From Hyphomicrobiales bacterium (GTDB taxonomy: Bacteria; Pseudomonadota; Alphaproteobacteria; Rhizobiales; Devosiaceae), in the NCBI GenBank assembly GCA_027065555.1, contig JAMONS010000129.1, forward strand, positions 195-64,194: a stretch of DNA of 64,000 nucleotides, read 5' to 3'. Shown in pieces: positions 30,827-40,164 of this stretch. The translations under genes and the position numbers were made by a program. Each line of letters starts with the position of its first letter. Positions within the stretch are counted from its first letter, which is position 1. A model generated the notes under the pieces. It was not told the origin of the DNA, did no database searches, and worked only from the letters and a program-made list of their open reading frames with translations.

Positions 30827-32311
30827 ATGGCTGAAATTGCACACCTGCACCAAAATGACGAGAAAGAATATCGTGTTGCGCCAAATAATGTTGAGGCGGA
30901 ACAAGCTTTGCTTGGTGCTATTTTGGTCAATAATGAGGCTTTTCATCGCGTCTCTGATTTTTTGGATAGCTCCCATTTTCATGAACCTATTCACGGTGAA
31001 ATTTATGAAGTTTGTGGCAAAATAATAAGAGCAGGAAAAGTTGCCTCCCCCATCACTACAAAAACCTTTCTTCCAGATGAGCTGATTATTGACGTAACTA
31101 TGGCGCAATATTTAGCTCGCCTAGCTTCAGAAGCAACAACAGTTATTAATGCCTATGATTACGCCCGCTCAATTTATGAACTTGCTTTGCGGCGAGCGCT
31201 TATTTTAATTGGTGAAGAAGTTGTAGAAAACGCTTATGAACCTGATGTGGATATGCCTTCATCTATTCAGATTGAGGAAGCAGAAAAGAGCCTTTATGCT
31301 TTAGCTGAACGAGGTCGCTACAATAGCGGTTTTCAGGGCTTTAACACAGCATTGCGTGACGCTATTAACCTTGCAAATGAGGCATATAAGCGTGATGGAT
31401 CGCTTTCTGGCACGGCAACAGGGCTTAGTGATTTAGATAGATTAATGGGTGGAATGCAGCGTTCTGATTTAATTATTCTGGCTGCTCGTCCTGCAATGGG
31501 GAAAACCGCTTTAGCTACAAATATAGCATTTAACATAGCAATAAAATATAAAGCAGAGCCAACTGCCGATGGTCAATTAAAAACTATTGATGGTGGGGTT
31601 GTTGGGTTTTTCTCACTTGAAATGAGTTCTGAACAGTTGGCAACAAGAATTTTAGCAGAGCAAGCGCAAATTTCTTCATCGGATATTAGGCGAGGTAAAA
31701 TTCATGAGAGCCAGTTTTCTACATTAGTTGATGTATCAAATAAAATGGATCAAATCCCTTTGTTTATTGATGATACTGGTGGCCTAAATATCTCGCAGCT
31801 TGTTGCTCGGGCACGTCGCTTAAAGCGACAAAAGGGGCTTGATTTTTTAATTGTTGATTATTTGCAGCTTCTTTCTGGTTCTTCAAAAAATTCTAATACC
31901 AACCGTGTGCAAGAATTAACAGAGATAACCACTTCTCTCAAAGCATTAGCTAAAGAACTTGACGTTCCAATTCTGGCTTTATCGCAATTATCTCGCCAAG
32001 TAGAATCACGTGATGATAAACGTCCGCAATTAGCAGATTTGAGAGAATCAGGCTCGATTGAGCAAGATGCTGATGTTGTGCTATTTGTTTATCGGGAGGA
32101 ATATTATCTTAAAAATAAAGAACCAAAAGAAGGATCGCCTGAGCATTTAACTTGGCAAAGTGAGATGGAGGCGGTGCATGGTAAAGCTGATATTATTATT
32201 GGGAAACAAAGGCACGGGCCAACTGGTACTGTGCAATTAGGCTTTGAAGCGCAATTTACCCGCTTTACTAATTTGGCAAAATCAGATTATCTACCAGAAC
32301 GTATGGAGTAG
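30827..32311 (+). CDS. dnaB: Replicative DNA helicase
   Basis: ATG at 30827 (MAEIAHLHQ...). PNNVEAEQALLGAIL N-terminal motif and Walker A ARPAMGKTA. The ORF-track TTG at 30815 is less likely. Confidence 0.95.
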   Translation: MAEIAHLHQNDEKEYRVAPNNVEAEQALLGAILVNNEAFHRVSDFLDSSHFHEPIHGEIYEVCGKIIRAGKVASPITTKTFLPDELIIDVTMAQYLARLASEATTVINAYDYARSIYELALRRALILIGEEVVENAYEPDVDMPSSIQIEEAEKSLYALAERGRYNSGFQGFNTALRDAINLANEAYKRDGSLSGTATGLSDLDRLMGGMQRSDLIILAARPAMGKTALATNIAFNIAIKYKAEPTADGQLKTIDGGVVGFFSLEMSSEQLATRILAEQAQISSSDIRRGKIHESQFSTLVDVSNKMDQIPLFIDDTGGLNISQLVARARRLKRQKGLDFLIVDYLQLLSGSSKNSNTNRVQELTEITTSLKALAKELDVPILALSQLSRQVESRDDKRPQLADLRESGSIEQDADVVLFVYREEYYLKNKEPKEGSPEHLTWQSEMEAVHGKADIIIGKQRHGPTGTVQLGFEAQFTRFTNLAKSDYLPERME

Positions 32312-32317
32312 GTATTA

Positions 32318-33499
32318 ATGGCAATAAACTCCTTAAAGGGGCTAACTGGCCAACTGACTATTGATTTGGGGGCCATTGTTAAAAATTATCAGGCGCTAAA
32401 TGCAATTAGCGCCAATTCGCTAACGGGTGCTGTTGTAAAGGCAGATGCCTATGGTTGTGGCATGTTGCCTGTTGCTAGCGTTCTTTATCAGGCTGGGGCT
32501 AGGTTTTTCTTTGTAGCAACGCCAAGTGAAGCGATTGTTCTAAGGGCTGAATTAAAAGACGCTCATATTTTTGTGTTTAATGGCCTATATCCAAATTCAG
32601 CAAAATTATATGTAGAACAGCGCATAATGCCAATATTAAACTCAGCCCAAATGCTTGAAGAATGGCTATCATTTTGCATTGCAAATAATGAGTTATTTCC
32701 AGCGGCAATTCATTTCGATACCGGAATGGGACGGCTTGGCATTAAAATGAATGAAGTCGATTGGGTAAAAGACAAGATTTCGCAAGTTGGGTTTTTGCCG
32801 CAAATGATTATGAGCCATCTTGCTTGTGCTGATATTTTGGGACATGAAAAAAACCGTATGCAGCTAATTTTTTTCAAGGCTATTGCAAAACAATTTCCAA
32901 ATATTCCTTTTTCTCTTGCCAATTCAGCTGGCATAATGAGCGGGCGGGCAAATCACTTTCAAATGGTTCGTCCAGGAATTGCGCTTTATGGTGGACGAGC
33001 AATTAACGGCAAGCCAAACCCCATGAAACCAGTGGTTAATCTCAAAGTCCCTGTGTTACAGGTTTTTGATGCAAAAGCTGGTGAGACTATTGGCTATGGC
33101 GCAACTTACACTATTGATAGAAATAGCAAAATTGCTATTTTGGCACTTGGATATGCTGATGGTTTCTTGCGCTCACTTTCTGGCACAAATTCTAGGCATG
33201 GCGGGCGCATTCTTATCAATAATAAAATATTACCTGTAATTGGTCGGGTTTCAATGGATTTAATCGCTGTTGATGTAACTCAACTACATGGATTGGGGCC
33301 AAACCCCGGTGATATGGTAGAGGTTTTAGGCAATATAATATCTATTGATGATCAGGCTGATCTGGCAGGAACTATTGGTTATGAGATTTTAACCTCCCTA
33401 AAAGGTCGATATAATAAATCATATATTTTACCCAACGAGAGAAAGAATGGCGGGGGTGTCGGGATCAGGAGCGTTAGCGACCAACGGCGACAAGAATAA
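32318..33499 (+). CDS. alr: Alanine racemase with a repeat-derived C-terminal extension
   Basis: 393 aa. PLP lysine motif VVKADAYGCG. Conserved end IGYEILTSL..RY, followed by about 20 extra residues (NERKNGGGVGIRSVSDQRRQE) read from the intergenic repeat. Confidence 0.93.
   Translation: MAINSLKGLTGQLTIDLGAIVKNYQALNAISANSLTGAVVKADAYGCGMLPVASVLYQAGARFFFVATPSEAIVLRAELKDAHIFVFNGLYPNSAKLYVEQRIMPILNSAQMLEEWLSFCIANNELFPAAIHFDTGMGRLGIKMNEVDWVKDKISQVGFLPQMIMSHLACADILGHEKNRMQLIFFKAIAKQFPNIPFSLANSAGIMSGRANHFQMVRPGIALYGGRAINGKPNPMKPVVNLKVPVLQVFDAKAGETIGYGATYTIDRNSKIAILALGYADGFLRSLSGTNSRHGGRILINNKILPVIGRVSMDLIAVDVTQLHGLGPNPGDMVEVLGNIISIDDQADLAGTIGYEILTSLKGRYNKSYILPNERKNGGGVGIRSVSDQRRQE
33438..33499. repeat. 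Single copy of the GC-rich repeat core embedded in the alr 3' end / radA start junction
   Basis: GAGAGAAAGAATGGCGGGGGTGTCGGGATCAGGAGCGTTAGCGACCAACGGCGACAAGAATAA matches the core at 9341-9425, 13376-13440 and 63326-63375. Confidence 0.88.
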
Positions 33500-34875
33500 T
33501 GCCAAAAAATCGCTCCTCATTTATTTGTCAATCTTGCGCTGCAATTTCCACTCAATGGGCGGGGCGATGCGAAGCGTGTGGGGAATGGAATTCAATAATT
33601 GAAGAATTACAAAATACAGGAGTTGGCTCTGGGCCAAAAGCCACAAAGGCTTCGGGCAAACCAGCACAACTTTCTTCACTTCGCGGCAAGCCAGAAGATG
33701 CGGAGCGTATAATTTCTGGACTAGCAGAATTAGATAGAGTAAGCGGCGGTGGTTTTGTTAAAGGCTCAACAATGTTGGTCGGCGGCGATCCCGGAATTGG
33801 TAAATCCACACTATTATTACAAGCGGCAAGCGCTTTAGCTAACAAAGGATATTCAGTAATTTATATTTCTGGAGAAGAAGCCATTGCGCAAGTGCAATTA
33901 CGTGCCAAAAGGCTTGGTCTAGCAGATAGCCCTGTTAAACTAGCCAGCGAGACCAATGTTGAAATAATTCTATCAACTCTCGAACATCAAAATGGAGCAG
34001 ATTTAGTTATTATTGATTCTATTCAAACATTATGGACAGATAGAGTTGATAGCGCTCCCGGTACTGTGACACAAGTTAGAACCAGCGCTCAGGCACTTAC
34101 CAGATTTGCCAAAAAAAGCGGTGCAGCAGTTGTTCTGGTTGGGCATGTAACTAAAGACGGGCAAATTGCAGGACCTCGTGTTGTTGAACATATGGTTGAT
34201 GCAGTGGTTTATTTTGAAGGCGATGCATCTCATACCTATAGAATTTTACGTGCTGTAAAAAACCGTTATGGCGCAACTGATGAAATTGGTGTGTTTGAAA
34301 TGACCCAAAAAGGTCTTAGCGAGGTTAGTAACCCCTCTGCCCTGTTTCTTGATCAGCGTGATGAAAGCGCCACTGGTTGTGCGGTATTTGCTGGAATGGA
34401 GGGCACACGTCCATTATTAGTTGAAATTCAAGCATTAGTTGCTCCCTCACCGCTTGGCACGCCAAGACGGGCAGTTGTTGGCTGGGATAGTTCAAGATTA
34501 TCAATGATTTTAGCGGTACTTGAAACCCATTGCGGGGTAAAAATTGGCGCAAATGATATATATCTCAATGTTGCAGGCGGTTTAAAAATTAGCGAGCCTG
34601 CCGCTGATATGGCGGTAGCTGCGGCGCTTATTTCTTCACTCACAAATCGAGTATTACCAAAAGAGGCAGTGTTTTTTGGCGAAATCAGCCTCTCAGGCGG
34701 CACTAGAGCAGTCGTACATTCAGCATTAAGATTAAGAGAAGCTGCAAAACTTGGATTTACGAGCGCATACACTGGAAAATTTAGTTCTGAAAAAACAAGT
34801 TCTGCCATCAAATTGATCGAATTCGCTGATCTGTTAGCATTAGTTAGTAAAATTGGCTCTTTTAAGGACGGCTAA
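33499..34875 (+). CDS. radA: DNA repair protein RadA
   Basis: 458 aa. Zinc finger CQSCAAISTQWAGRCEACGEWNS, Walker A GDPGIGKST and the KNRYG motif. Confidence 0.96.
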   Translation: MPKNRSSFICQSCAAISTQWAGRCEACGEWNSIIEELQNTGVGSGPKATKASGKPAQLSSLRGKPEDAERIISGLAELDRVSGGGFVKGSTMLVGGDPGIGKSTLLLQAASALANKGYSVIYISGEEAIAQVQLRAKRLGLADSPVKLASETNVEIILSTLEHQNGADLVIIDSIQTLWTDRVDSAPGTVTQVRTSAQALTRFAKKSGAAVVLVGHVTKDGQIAGPRVVEHMVDAVVYFEGDASHTYRILRAVKNRYGATDEIGVFEMTQKGLSEVSNPSALFLDQRDESATGCAVFAGMEGTRPLLVEIQALVAPSPLGTPRRAVVGWDSSRLSMILAVLETHCGVKIGANDIYLNVAGGLKISEPAADMAVAAALISSLTNRVLPKEAVFFGEISLSGGTRAVVHSALRLREAAKLGFTSAYTGKFSSEKTSSAIKLIEFADLLALVSKIGSFKDG

Positions 34876-34966
34876 AAAAATAGCACTGAAATACTTGTCT
34901 AGATACTTGGCTAATTAGAATTTTAAGGTTAAGGAAAGATTGTTATGAACTATTTAGGGAATTCTT

Positions 34967-35572
34967 ATGTTTACAGCTTTTGATGTAGCATTAGCTATAA
35001 TTGTGCTGATTTCAGCCATTTTAGCGACTGCACGAGGACTTACACGAGAAGTATTATCACTTGCAACTTGGGCTGGTTCTGCTGGGATTGCTGTTTGGAT
35101 GTGGCAATTTAAGCCAGAAATTGCACGAGGCTATATAAAAGAAGAAATGATAGCTGATGGTGCAACAATCATCGTAAGCTTTATTCTCTCGCTTATCGTA
35201 TTGCACCTTATCACTATGAAAATAGCTGATTTTGTTGTTGATTCTAAAGCTGGACCGCTAGATCGCACATTAGGGTTTGTATTTGGTGGGCTTCGTGGCA
35301 TTTTAATTGGCGTTGTTGTGGTGGTGCTTGGGCAATGGTTGCAATGGGGTGGCATGGGCGAAAGTAAATATATTAAAGATTCTCGTTCAGTTCCTCCATT
35401 AATTTCTTTAGGTGATGGGCTTATTCGTGCCCTACCAGATGACCTTGAGCAATCTGTTGCTAGTTTTCTTGGTGAGGGTGATGAACCTGATGATGATGCG
35501 CCACAAGAAACCCCTAATCAAGAAACCCCTAATATTGACGGCACTGACGAAGGTGAAGTTCCTCTAAGTTAG
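34967..35572 (+). CDS. cvpA: CvpA family membrane protein
   Basis: 201 aa with 4 TM helices, in the conserved position before purF. The acidic tail contains tandem QETPN-QETPN. Confidence 0.88.
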   Translation: MFTAFDVALAIIVLISAILATARGLTREVLSLATWAGSAGIAVWMWQFKPEIARGYIKEEMIADGATIIVSFILSLIVLHLITMKIADFVVDSKAGPLDRTLGFVFGGLRGILIGVVVVVLGQWLQWGGMGESKYIKDSRSVPPLISLGDGLIRALPDDLEQSVASFLGEGDEPDDDAPQETPNQETPNIDGTDEGEVPLS

Positions 35573-35586
35573 AGAAAGTTACTCTT

Positions 35587-37059
35587 ATGAGAGATTATCT
35601 TGATAATGACAATCTGCGAGAAGAATGCGGAGTGTTTGGAATTTTAGGGCATTCAGATGCTTCTGCTTTAACCGCATTAGGGTTGCACGCTTTGCAACAT
35701 CGTGGGCAAGAAAGCGCTGGCATTGTAAGTTTTGATGGCACTCAGTTTCATTCAGAAAAGCGCATGGGATTAGTCGGCGATCATTTTACAGATCCTATGA
35801 CATTAGCAAATCTACCCGGCAAAGCAGCTATGGGGCACGTACGATACTCAACAACTGGCGATAATGTTCTTAGTAATGTGCAGCCGCTTTTTGCTGAACT
35901 TGAAGTTGGTGGCATTGCTATTGCGCATAATGGCAATATTACCAATGGGCAGACTTTACGATCGAACTTAATTGCCAATGGTGCCATTTGCCAAACTACA
36001 TCTGATACAGAAGTTATATTACATCTTTTAGCAAAATCTAAAGTTGGCAACGCACCTCATCGCCTTATTGAAGCACTTAAGCAATTAGAGGGTGCTTATT
36101 CTTTGGTTGCCATGACCAGATCAAAATTAATAGCTGCACGTGATCCATTTGGCATACGCCCGCTTGTTTATGGTGAACTTGACGGCAAGCCAATTTTTGC
36201 ATCAGAAACCTGCGCACTTGATATTATCGGGGCTCGTTTTATTCGTGATGTTGAAAATGGTGAAGTTATTATTTGTGAAAAACAAAAAGATGGCACTATT
36301 AAAGTTAGGTCAGAAAAACCATTTGAGAAAAAACCAGAGCGCATTTGTTTGTTTGAATATGTTTATTTTGCTCGTCCAGATTCAACAGTTGCTGGGCGTT
36401 CTGTTTATAGCGTGCGTAAAAAAATGGGTGAAAATTTAGCAAAAGAAGCTCCAATCGAGGCAGATGTAATTGTGCCTATTCCTGACGGAGGTACACCAGC
36501 GGCTATTGGGTTTTCTCAATCTAGCAATATCCCATTTGAATATGGTATTATTCGCAATCATTATGTGGGGCGCACCTTTATTGAACCCTCACAACAAATT
36601 AGAGCATTTGGCGTTAAATTAAAACATTCGGCTAACCGTTCGCAAATTGAAAATAAGCGTGTGGTTTTAATTGATGATTCTATTGTACGGGGCACTACTT
36701 CTCTAAAAATAGTGCAAATGATGCGGGATGCTGGCGCAAGGGAAGTTCATTTGCGTGTAGCTTGCCCAATGATTTTTCATTCAGATTATTATGGTATTGA
36801 TACGCCAGATCCTGAAAAATTATTAGCAAACCAATATAATAGCCTTGAAGCCATGCGCCAATATATCAATGTAGATTCTCTTGAATTTCTCTCCATTGAC
36901 GGGCTTTATGATGCCGTATGTGGTGAAAAACGCAATAATCATTCACCGCAATTTACTGACCATTATTTCACTGGGGATTATCCAACAAATCTAACAGATC
37001 TCGCAGGGAAAAATGGCATATCTATTCATAAAATATCTTTATTCAAAGAAGCTGGGTGA
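35587..37059 (+). CDS. purF: Amidophosphoribosyltransferase
   Basis: 490 aa. Propeptide then catalytic CGVFGI, and PRTase motif VVLIDDSIVRGTT. Confidence 0.96.
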   Translation: MRDYLDNDNLREECGVFGILGHSDASALTALGLHALQHRGQESAGIVSFDGTQFHSEKRMGLVGDHFTDPMTLANLPGKAAMGHVRYSTTGDNVLSNVQPLFAELEVGGIAIAHNGNITNGQTLRSNLIANGAICQTTSDTEVILHLLAKSKVGNAPHRLIEALKQLEGAYSLVAMTRSKLIAARDPFGIRPLVYGELDGKPIFASETCALDIIGARFIRDVENGEVIICEKQKDGTIKVRSEKPFEKKPERICLFEYVYFARPDSTVAGRSVYSVRKKMGENLAKEAPIEADVIVPIPDGGTPAAIGFSQSSNIPFEYGIIRNHYVGRTFIEPSQQIRAFGVKLKHSANRSQIENKRVVLIDDSIVRGTTSLKIVQMMRDAGAREVHLRVACPMIFHSDYYGIDTPDPEKLLANQYNSLEAMRQYINVDSLEFLSIDGLYDAVCGEKRNNHSPQFTDHYFTGDYPTNLTDLAGKNGISIHKISLFKEAG

Positions 37060-37793
37060 TGTCAAAAAATCAAGAATTAGCAGATAAAACCGTCCTAATA
37101 ACTGGCGCCTCACGTGGGATTGGCAAGGCGGCAGCGCTTGAAGCTGCAAAACGTGGCGCACATATTATCGCAACTGCCCGCACAAAAGGTGCACTTGAAG
37201 ATCTTGATGATGAAATAAATGAATTAGGCGCAAGCGCCACTCTTGTGCCTTTTGATTTAGCAAATTTTGATGCGATTGATCGTTTAGGGGCGCAAATATT
37301 TGAGCGTTGGGGCAAGCTTGATGCACTCATCGGCAATGCAGGAATGCTTGGCACATTAACACCAGTCCCCCACATTTCACCAAAAGATTTTGAAAAAGTA
37401 ATGGCAATAAATGTCGGAGCAAATTATCGCCTTCTTCGTTCAATGGATTTATTATTACGTAAATCTGATGCTGGTCGTGTGCTCTTTGTATCATCAAGTT
37501 CTGCCAAAAGTTGCAAGCCATATTGGGGGCTTTACGCAAGCTCAAAAGCAGCGCTTAACGCTTTAACAAAATCTTATGTAAATGAAATGTCTAGCACTAA
37601 TGTAAAGGCTAATATATTTTATCCAGGGGCTGTAAGAACCGCCATGCGAGCAAAAGCTATGCCCGGTGAGAACCCAAAAACACTGCCCCACCCAAGCGAA
37701 ATAGCCCCTACCCTTATTGATATGATTTCACCAACATATATGGAAAATGGCAAGGTTTTTGACGTTCGAGAGAATTCGCTTATTGAGTTGTAG
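37056..37793 (+). CDS. SDR family oxidoreductase
   Basis: 245 aa with TGASRGIG and YASSKAA motifs. 4-nt overlap with purF. Confidence 0.9.
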   Translation: MMSKNQELADKTVLITGASRGIGKAAALEAAKRGAHIIATARTKGALEDLDDEINELGASATLVPFDLANFDAIDRLGAQIFERWGKLDALIGNAGMLGTLTPVPHISPKDFEKVMAINVGANYRLLRSMDLLLRKSDAGRVLFVSSSSAKSCKPYWGLYASSKAALNALTKSYVNEMSSTNVKANIFYPGAVRTAMRAKAMPGENPKTLPHPSEIAPTLIDMISPTYMENGKVFDVRENSLIEL

Positions 37794-37964
37794 GACAACT
37801 ATAAATCCATCTAGCTTGGAAATATATATAAAAATTTGTCTTTGCGAGCGAACTTTTGTGAGTGCGCCAATCCAGAAATTTAGAGCCTATCTTAGACATT
37901 CTGGATTGCCAAAGCTTCATCTTTTGCAATCACAATTCCCCGAGAGGTAAAGTCACAAGCCAAC

Positions 37965-37993
37965 AAAAAAGGCCTCCCCAAAAGGAAGGCCTT
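37965..37993 (-). terminator. Rho-independent terminator after tig
   Basis: The minus strand reads GGCCTTCC-TTTTG-GGGAGGCC followed by TTTTTT. Confidence 0.8.
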
Positions 37994-38017
37994 AAATCAT
38001 AACAATAATTATTAGAC

Positions 38018-39397
38018 TTATGCGCCTTGCGGCACGTCATCGTCTTCTTCGTCTTTTTTAATCATTTCAGCAAGTTCTTCACGAGTAACTTTCTTTTCTG
38101 TTTTTTCAGCTAATTCAGAAACGAATGTTACAACTTTATTTTCATAAATTGGCGCTCTTAAGCCTGCAACTGCATCTGGGTTTTTACGATAATAATCATA
38201 AACTTCTTGCTCTTGACCCGGAAAGCGGCGAACTTCGGCCATTAGGGCTTGTTGTAATTCTTCTTCGGCTATTTCAATTTTATTGATATTACCAATTTCA
38301 GCAACAACCAAACCTAGGCGAACACGGCGCTCAGCAATTCGCTCATATTGCGCTTTTGCTTTTGCTTCTGTTGTGCCCTCATCTTCAAAGGATTTTTTGC
38401 TTTCTTTAAGCTCGTGATTAATACGATCCCAAATAGACTTAAATTCTGCTTCAACTAATTGCTCAGGGACATCAAACTTATGCGCCTCATCAAGAGCATC
38501 TAACACTTGGCGTTTAATACGCTGTGCGCCCATGCTTTCAAGTGCACTGGTCATTTGTGTACGAACAGCATCTTTAAGCGCATCAAGATTATCCATGCCT
38601 AATGTTTTAGCAAATTCATCGTCAGCCTTGCCCTCTTTTGGCGCATCAACATGCAAAATCTCAACATCAAATGTTGCTTTTTTACCAGCCAAATCTTCGC
38701 TAGAATAATCTTTAGGGAAAGTTACATCAATAACGCCCTTATCGCCCTTTTTCATGCCAATTAGTTTTTCTTCAAAACCAGGAATAAAATCACCAGAGCC
38801 GATAACTAGATGAGAATGATCAGCTTTGCCGCCATCAAATGGCACGCCATCAATCTTGCCTTCAAAATTAAGGCCAACCTTATCACCATCTGCAACAATT
38901 CCCTTATCGCCCTTATCTTCGTATTGGCGCTGGTTAAGGAATAATCGATCTAATTCAGTTTCAACTTCTTTATCCTCAATATCAACAACAGGCTTATCTA
39001 GCTTTACTGATTTGAAATCCATCAATTTAATTTCTGGCAAAATTTCATAAGAAACTTCAAAAGCAAGGTCAGCTTCGCCCGCAAGCACTTTATTTATTAT
39101 GGCTTGATCTTCGTCCATATCAATTTTTGGCTGCATTGCTGGCTTTTCGCTACGTTTTTCAAGTGCTTCTTGCACGCCTGCATTAATTGCATTTTGCATT
39201 ACTTCAGACATTGCTGAAACGCCATAGACTTTTTTAAGGTAAGAAACTGGCACTTTACCGGGTCGAAACCCTTTAATATTTGCCTGAGCTTTCATTTCTT
39301 GTAATTTAGCATCAAGTTGAGATGATAAATCCTCTCTTTTAATAGTGATAGAGAGTTTGCGTTTCAGGCCTTCGTTAAGCGTTTCATTCGTTTGCAT
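38018..39397 (-). CDS. tig: Trigger factor
   Basis: ATG at 39397 gives MQTNETLNEGLKRKLS..., the typical trigger factor N-terminus. Ribosome-binding motif GFRPGKVP. The ORF-track TTG at 39409 is less likely. Confidence 0.95.
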   Translation of the reverse strand: MQTNETLNEGLKRKLSITIKREDLSSQLDAKLQEMKAQANIKGFRPGKVPVSYLKKVYGVSAMSEVMQNAINAGVQEALEKRSEKPAMQPKIDMDEDQAIINKVLAGEADLAFEVSYEILPEIKLMDFKSVKLDKPVVDIEDKEVETELDRLFLNQRQYEDKGDKGIVADGDKVGLNFEGKIDGVPFDGGKADHSHLVIGSGDFIPGFEEKLIGMKKGDKGVIDVTFPKDYSSEDLAGKKATFDVEILHVDAPKEGKADDEFAKTLGMDNLDALKDAVRTQMTSALESMGAQRIKRQVLDALDEAHKFDVPEQLVEAEFKSIWDRINHELKESKKSFEDEGTTEAKAKAQYERIAERRVRLGLVVAEIGNINKIEIAEEELQQALMAEVRRFPGQEQEVYDYYRKNPDAVAGLRAPIYENKVVTFVSELAEKTEKKVTREELAEMIKKDEEDDDVPQGA

Positions 39398-39458
39398 CGG
39401 GAGTTCCAATTTTTCAGATAATCATAAATTTCTGCCTGCCTTACCTTAAGGAGCGATA

Positions 39459-39543
39459 TGGTGCGGGTGGAGGGACTTGAACCCCCACACCTTGCGGCAC
39501 AAGAACCTAAATCTTGCGTGTCTACCAATTTCACCACACCCGC
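39459..39543 (-). tRNA. tRNA-Leu (anticodon TAG)
   Basis: Reverse complement GCGGGTGTGGTGAAATTGGTAGACACGCAAGATTTAGGTTCTTGTGCCGCAAGGTGTGGGGGTTCAAGTCCCTCCACCCGCACCA. Long variable arm; anticodon loop TT-TAG-GT. Confidence 0.93.
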
Positions 39544-39649
39544 ATATTCACTCCTTAGTGGCAGTGCTGGCGCAGGGTCTAACCTAACTTTATGCAACAG
39601 TCAAAGCCTTATTATAGAAAATATATAAATCTAACTAAAAAAAACTCAA

Positions 39650-40102
39650 TTATGAGTCAAAACCTAGAAAATTTGTTTCAAAAACAAACCACGAAAAGTC
39701 TAAAAATAACAAAAATAGCGAAATCAGGAAAATCCTAAACGAGCGTAGTTTTTTTGGCTTGCAAGATTTGTGGGTACAAGCACTTGCTGTTTTTGCGCAA
39801 TCTACCTGATAGGCGTAAAGGTTAAAAGCACCGCTTAACGCTACCATTATTGTAGCAAACACCAATAAATGCACATGATATTCGTTCACAAAACTATATA
39901 TTGGGTTGCTCGCCAAAGCAGCGCCAAGCCCAATAGTTGTACCTAAAGCAATAAGCGATGCCCCAATGGGAATAACACAACATAAAAGATGCGGAATAAA
40001 TGAGAGCATTGTTACAGTAAATGTAGTTTTTTGTACATTAAGTGTATTTTTTTGTATATTTGCTGTTTTCATTGGACTAGCTTGCCTGTTAAAATTTAAC
40101 AC
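39650..40102 (-). CDS. Hypothetical Cys-rich 3-TM membrane protein (MerT/MerF-like vicinal CC in TM1)
   Basis: The ORF has a GTG at 40102 and in-frame ATGs at 40072 (MKTANIQ) and 40009 (MLSFIPHLLCC). TM1 is IPHLLCCVIPIG, and the cytoplasmic loop CAKTASACTHKSCKPKK is Cys/His-rich. The start is uncertain. Confidence 0.6.
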   Translation of the reverse strand: MLNFNRQASPMKTANIQKNTLNVQKTTFTVTMLSFIPHLLCCVIPIGASLIALGTTIGLGAALASNPIYSFVNEYHVHLLVFATIMVALSGAFNLYAYQVDCAKTASACTHKSCKPKKLRSFRIFLISLFLLFLDFSWFVFETNFLGFDS

Positions 40103-40109
40103 TTGCTAC

Positions 40110-40124
40110 TGTTAAGCTTTAACA
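40110..40124. promoter_or_regulatory. Fur-family style 7-1-7 palindrome in the divergent zur / membrane-protein promoter region
   Basis: TGTTAAG-C-TTTAACA (6 of 7 arm positions complementary), with another TTAACA 12 nt upstream. About 40 nt before the zur ATG. Confidence 0.4.
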
Positions 40125-40164
40125 CTAGATTAAGTCAAGCATTTTATAGAAGACTCTTCAAAAC

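Noticed and set aside
30803-31108. 101-aa minus-strand ORF opposite the dnaB 5' end
   Set aside because: It is antisense to a highly conserved dnaB region and has no independent signals.
39364-39597. 77-aa minus-strand ORF spanning tRNA-Leu(TAG)
   Set aside because: It covers the complete tRNA gene and the tig start region, so it is not credible as coding sequence.
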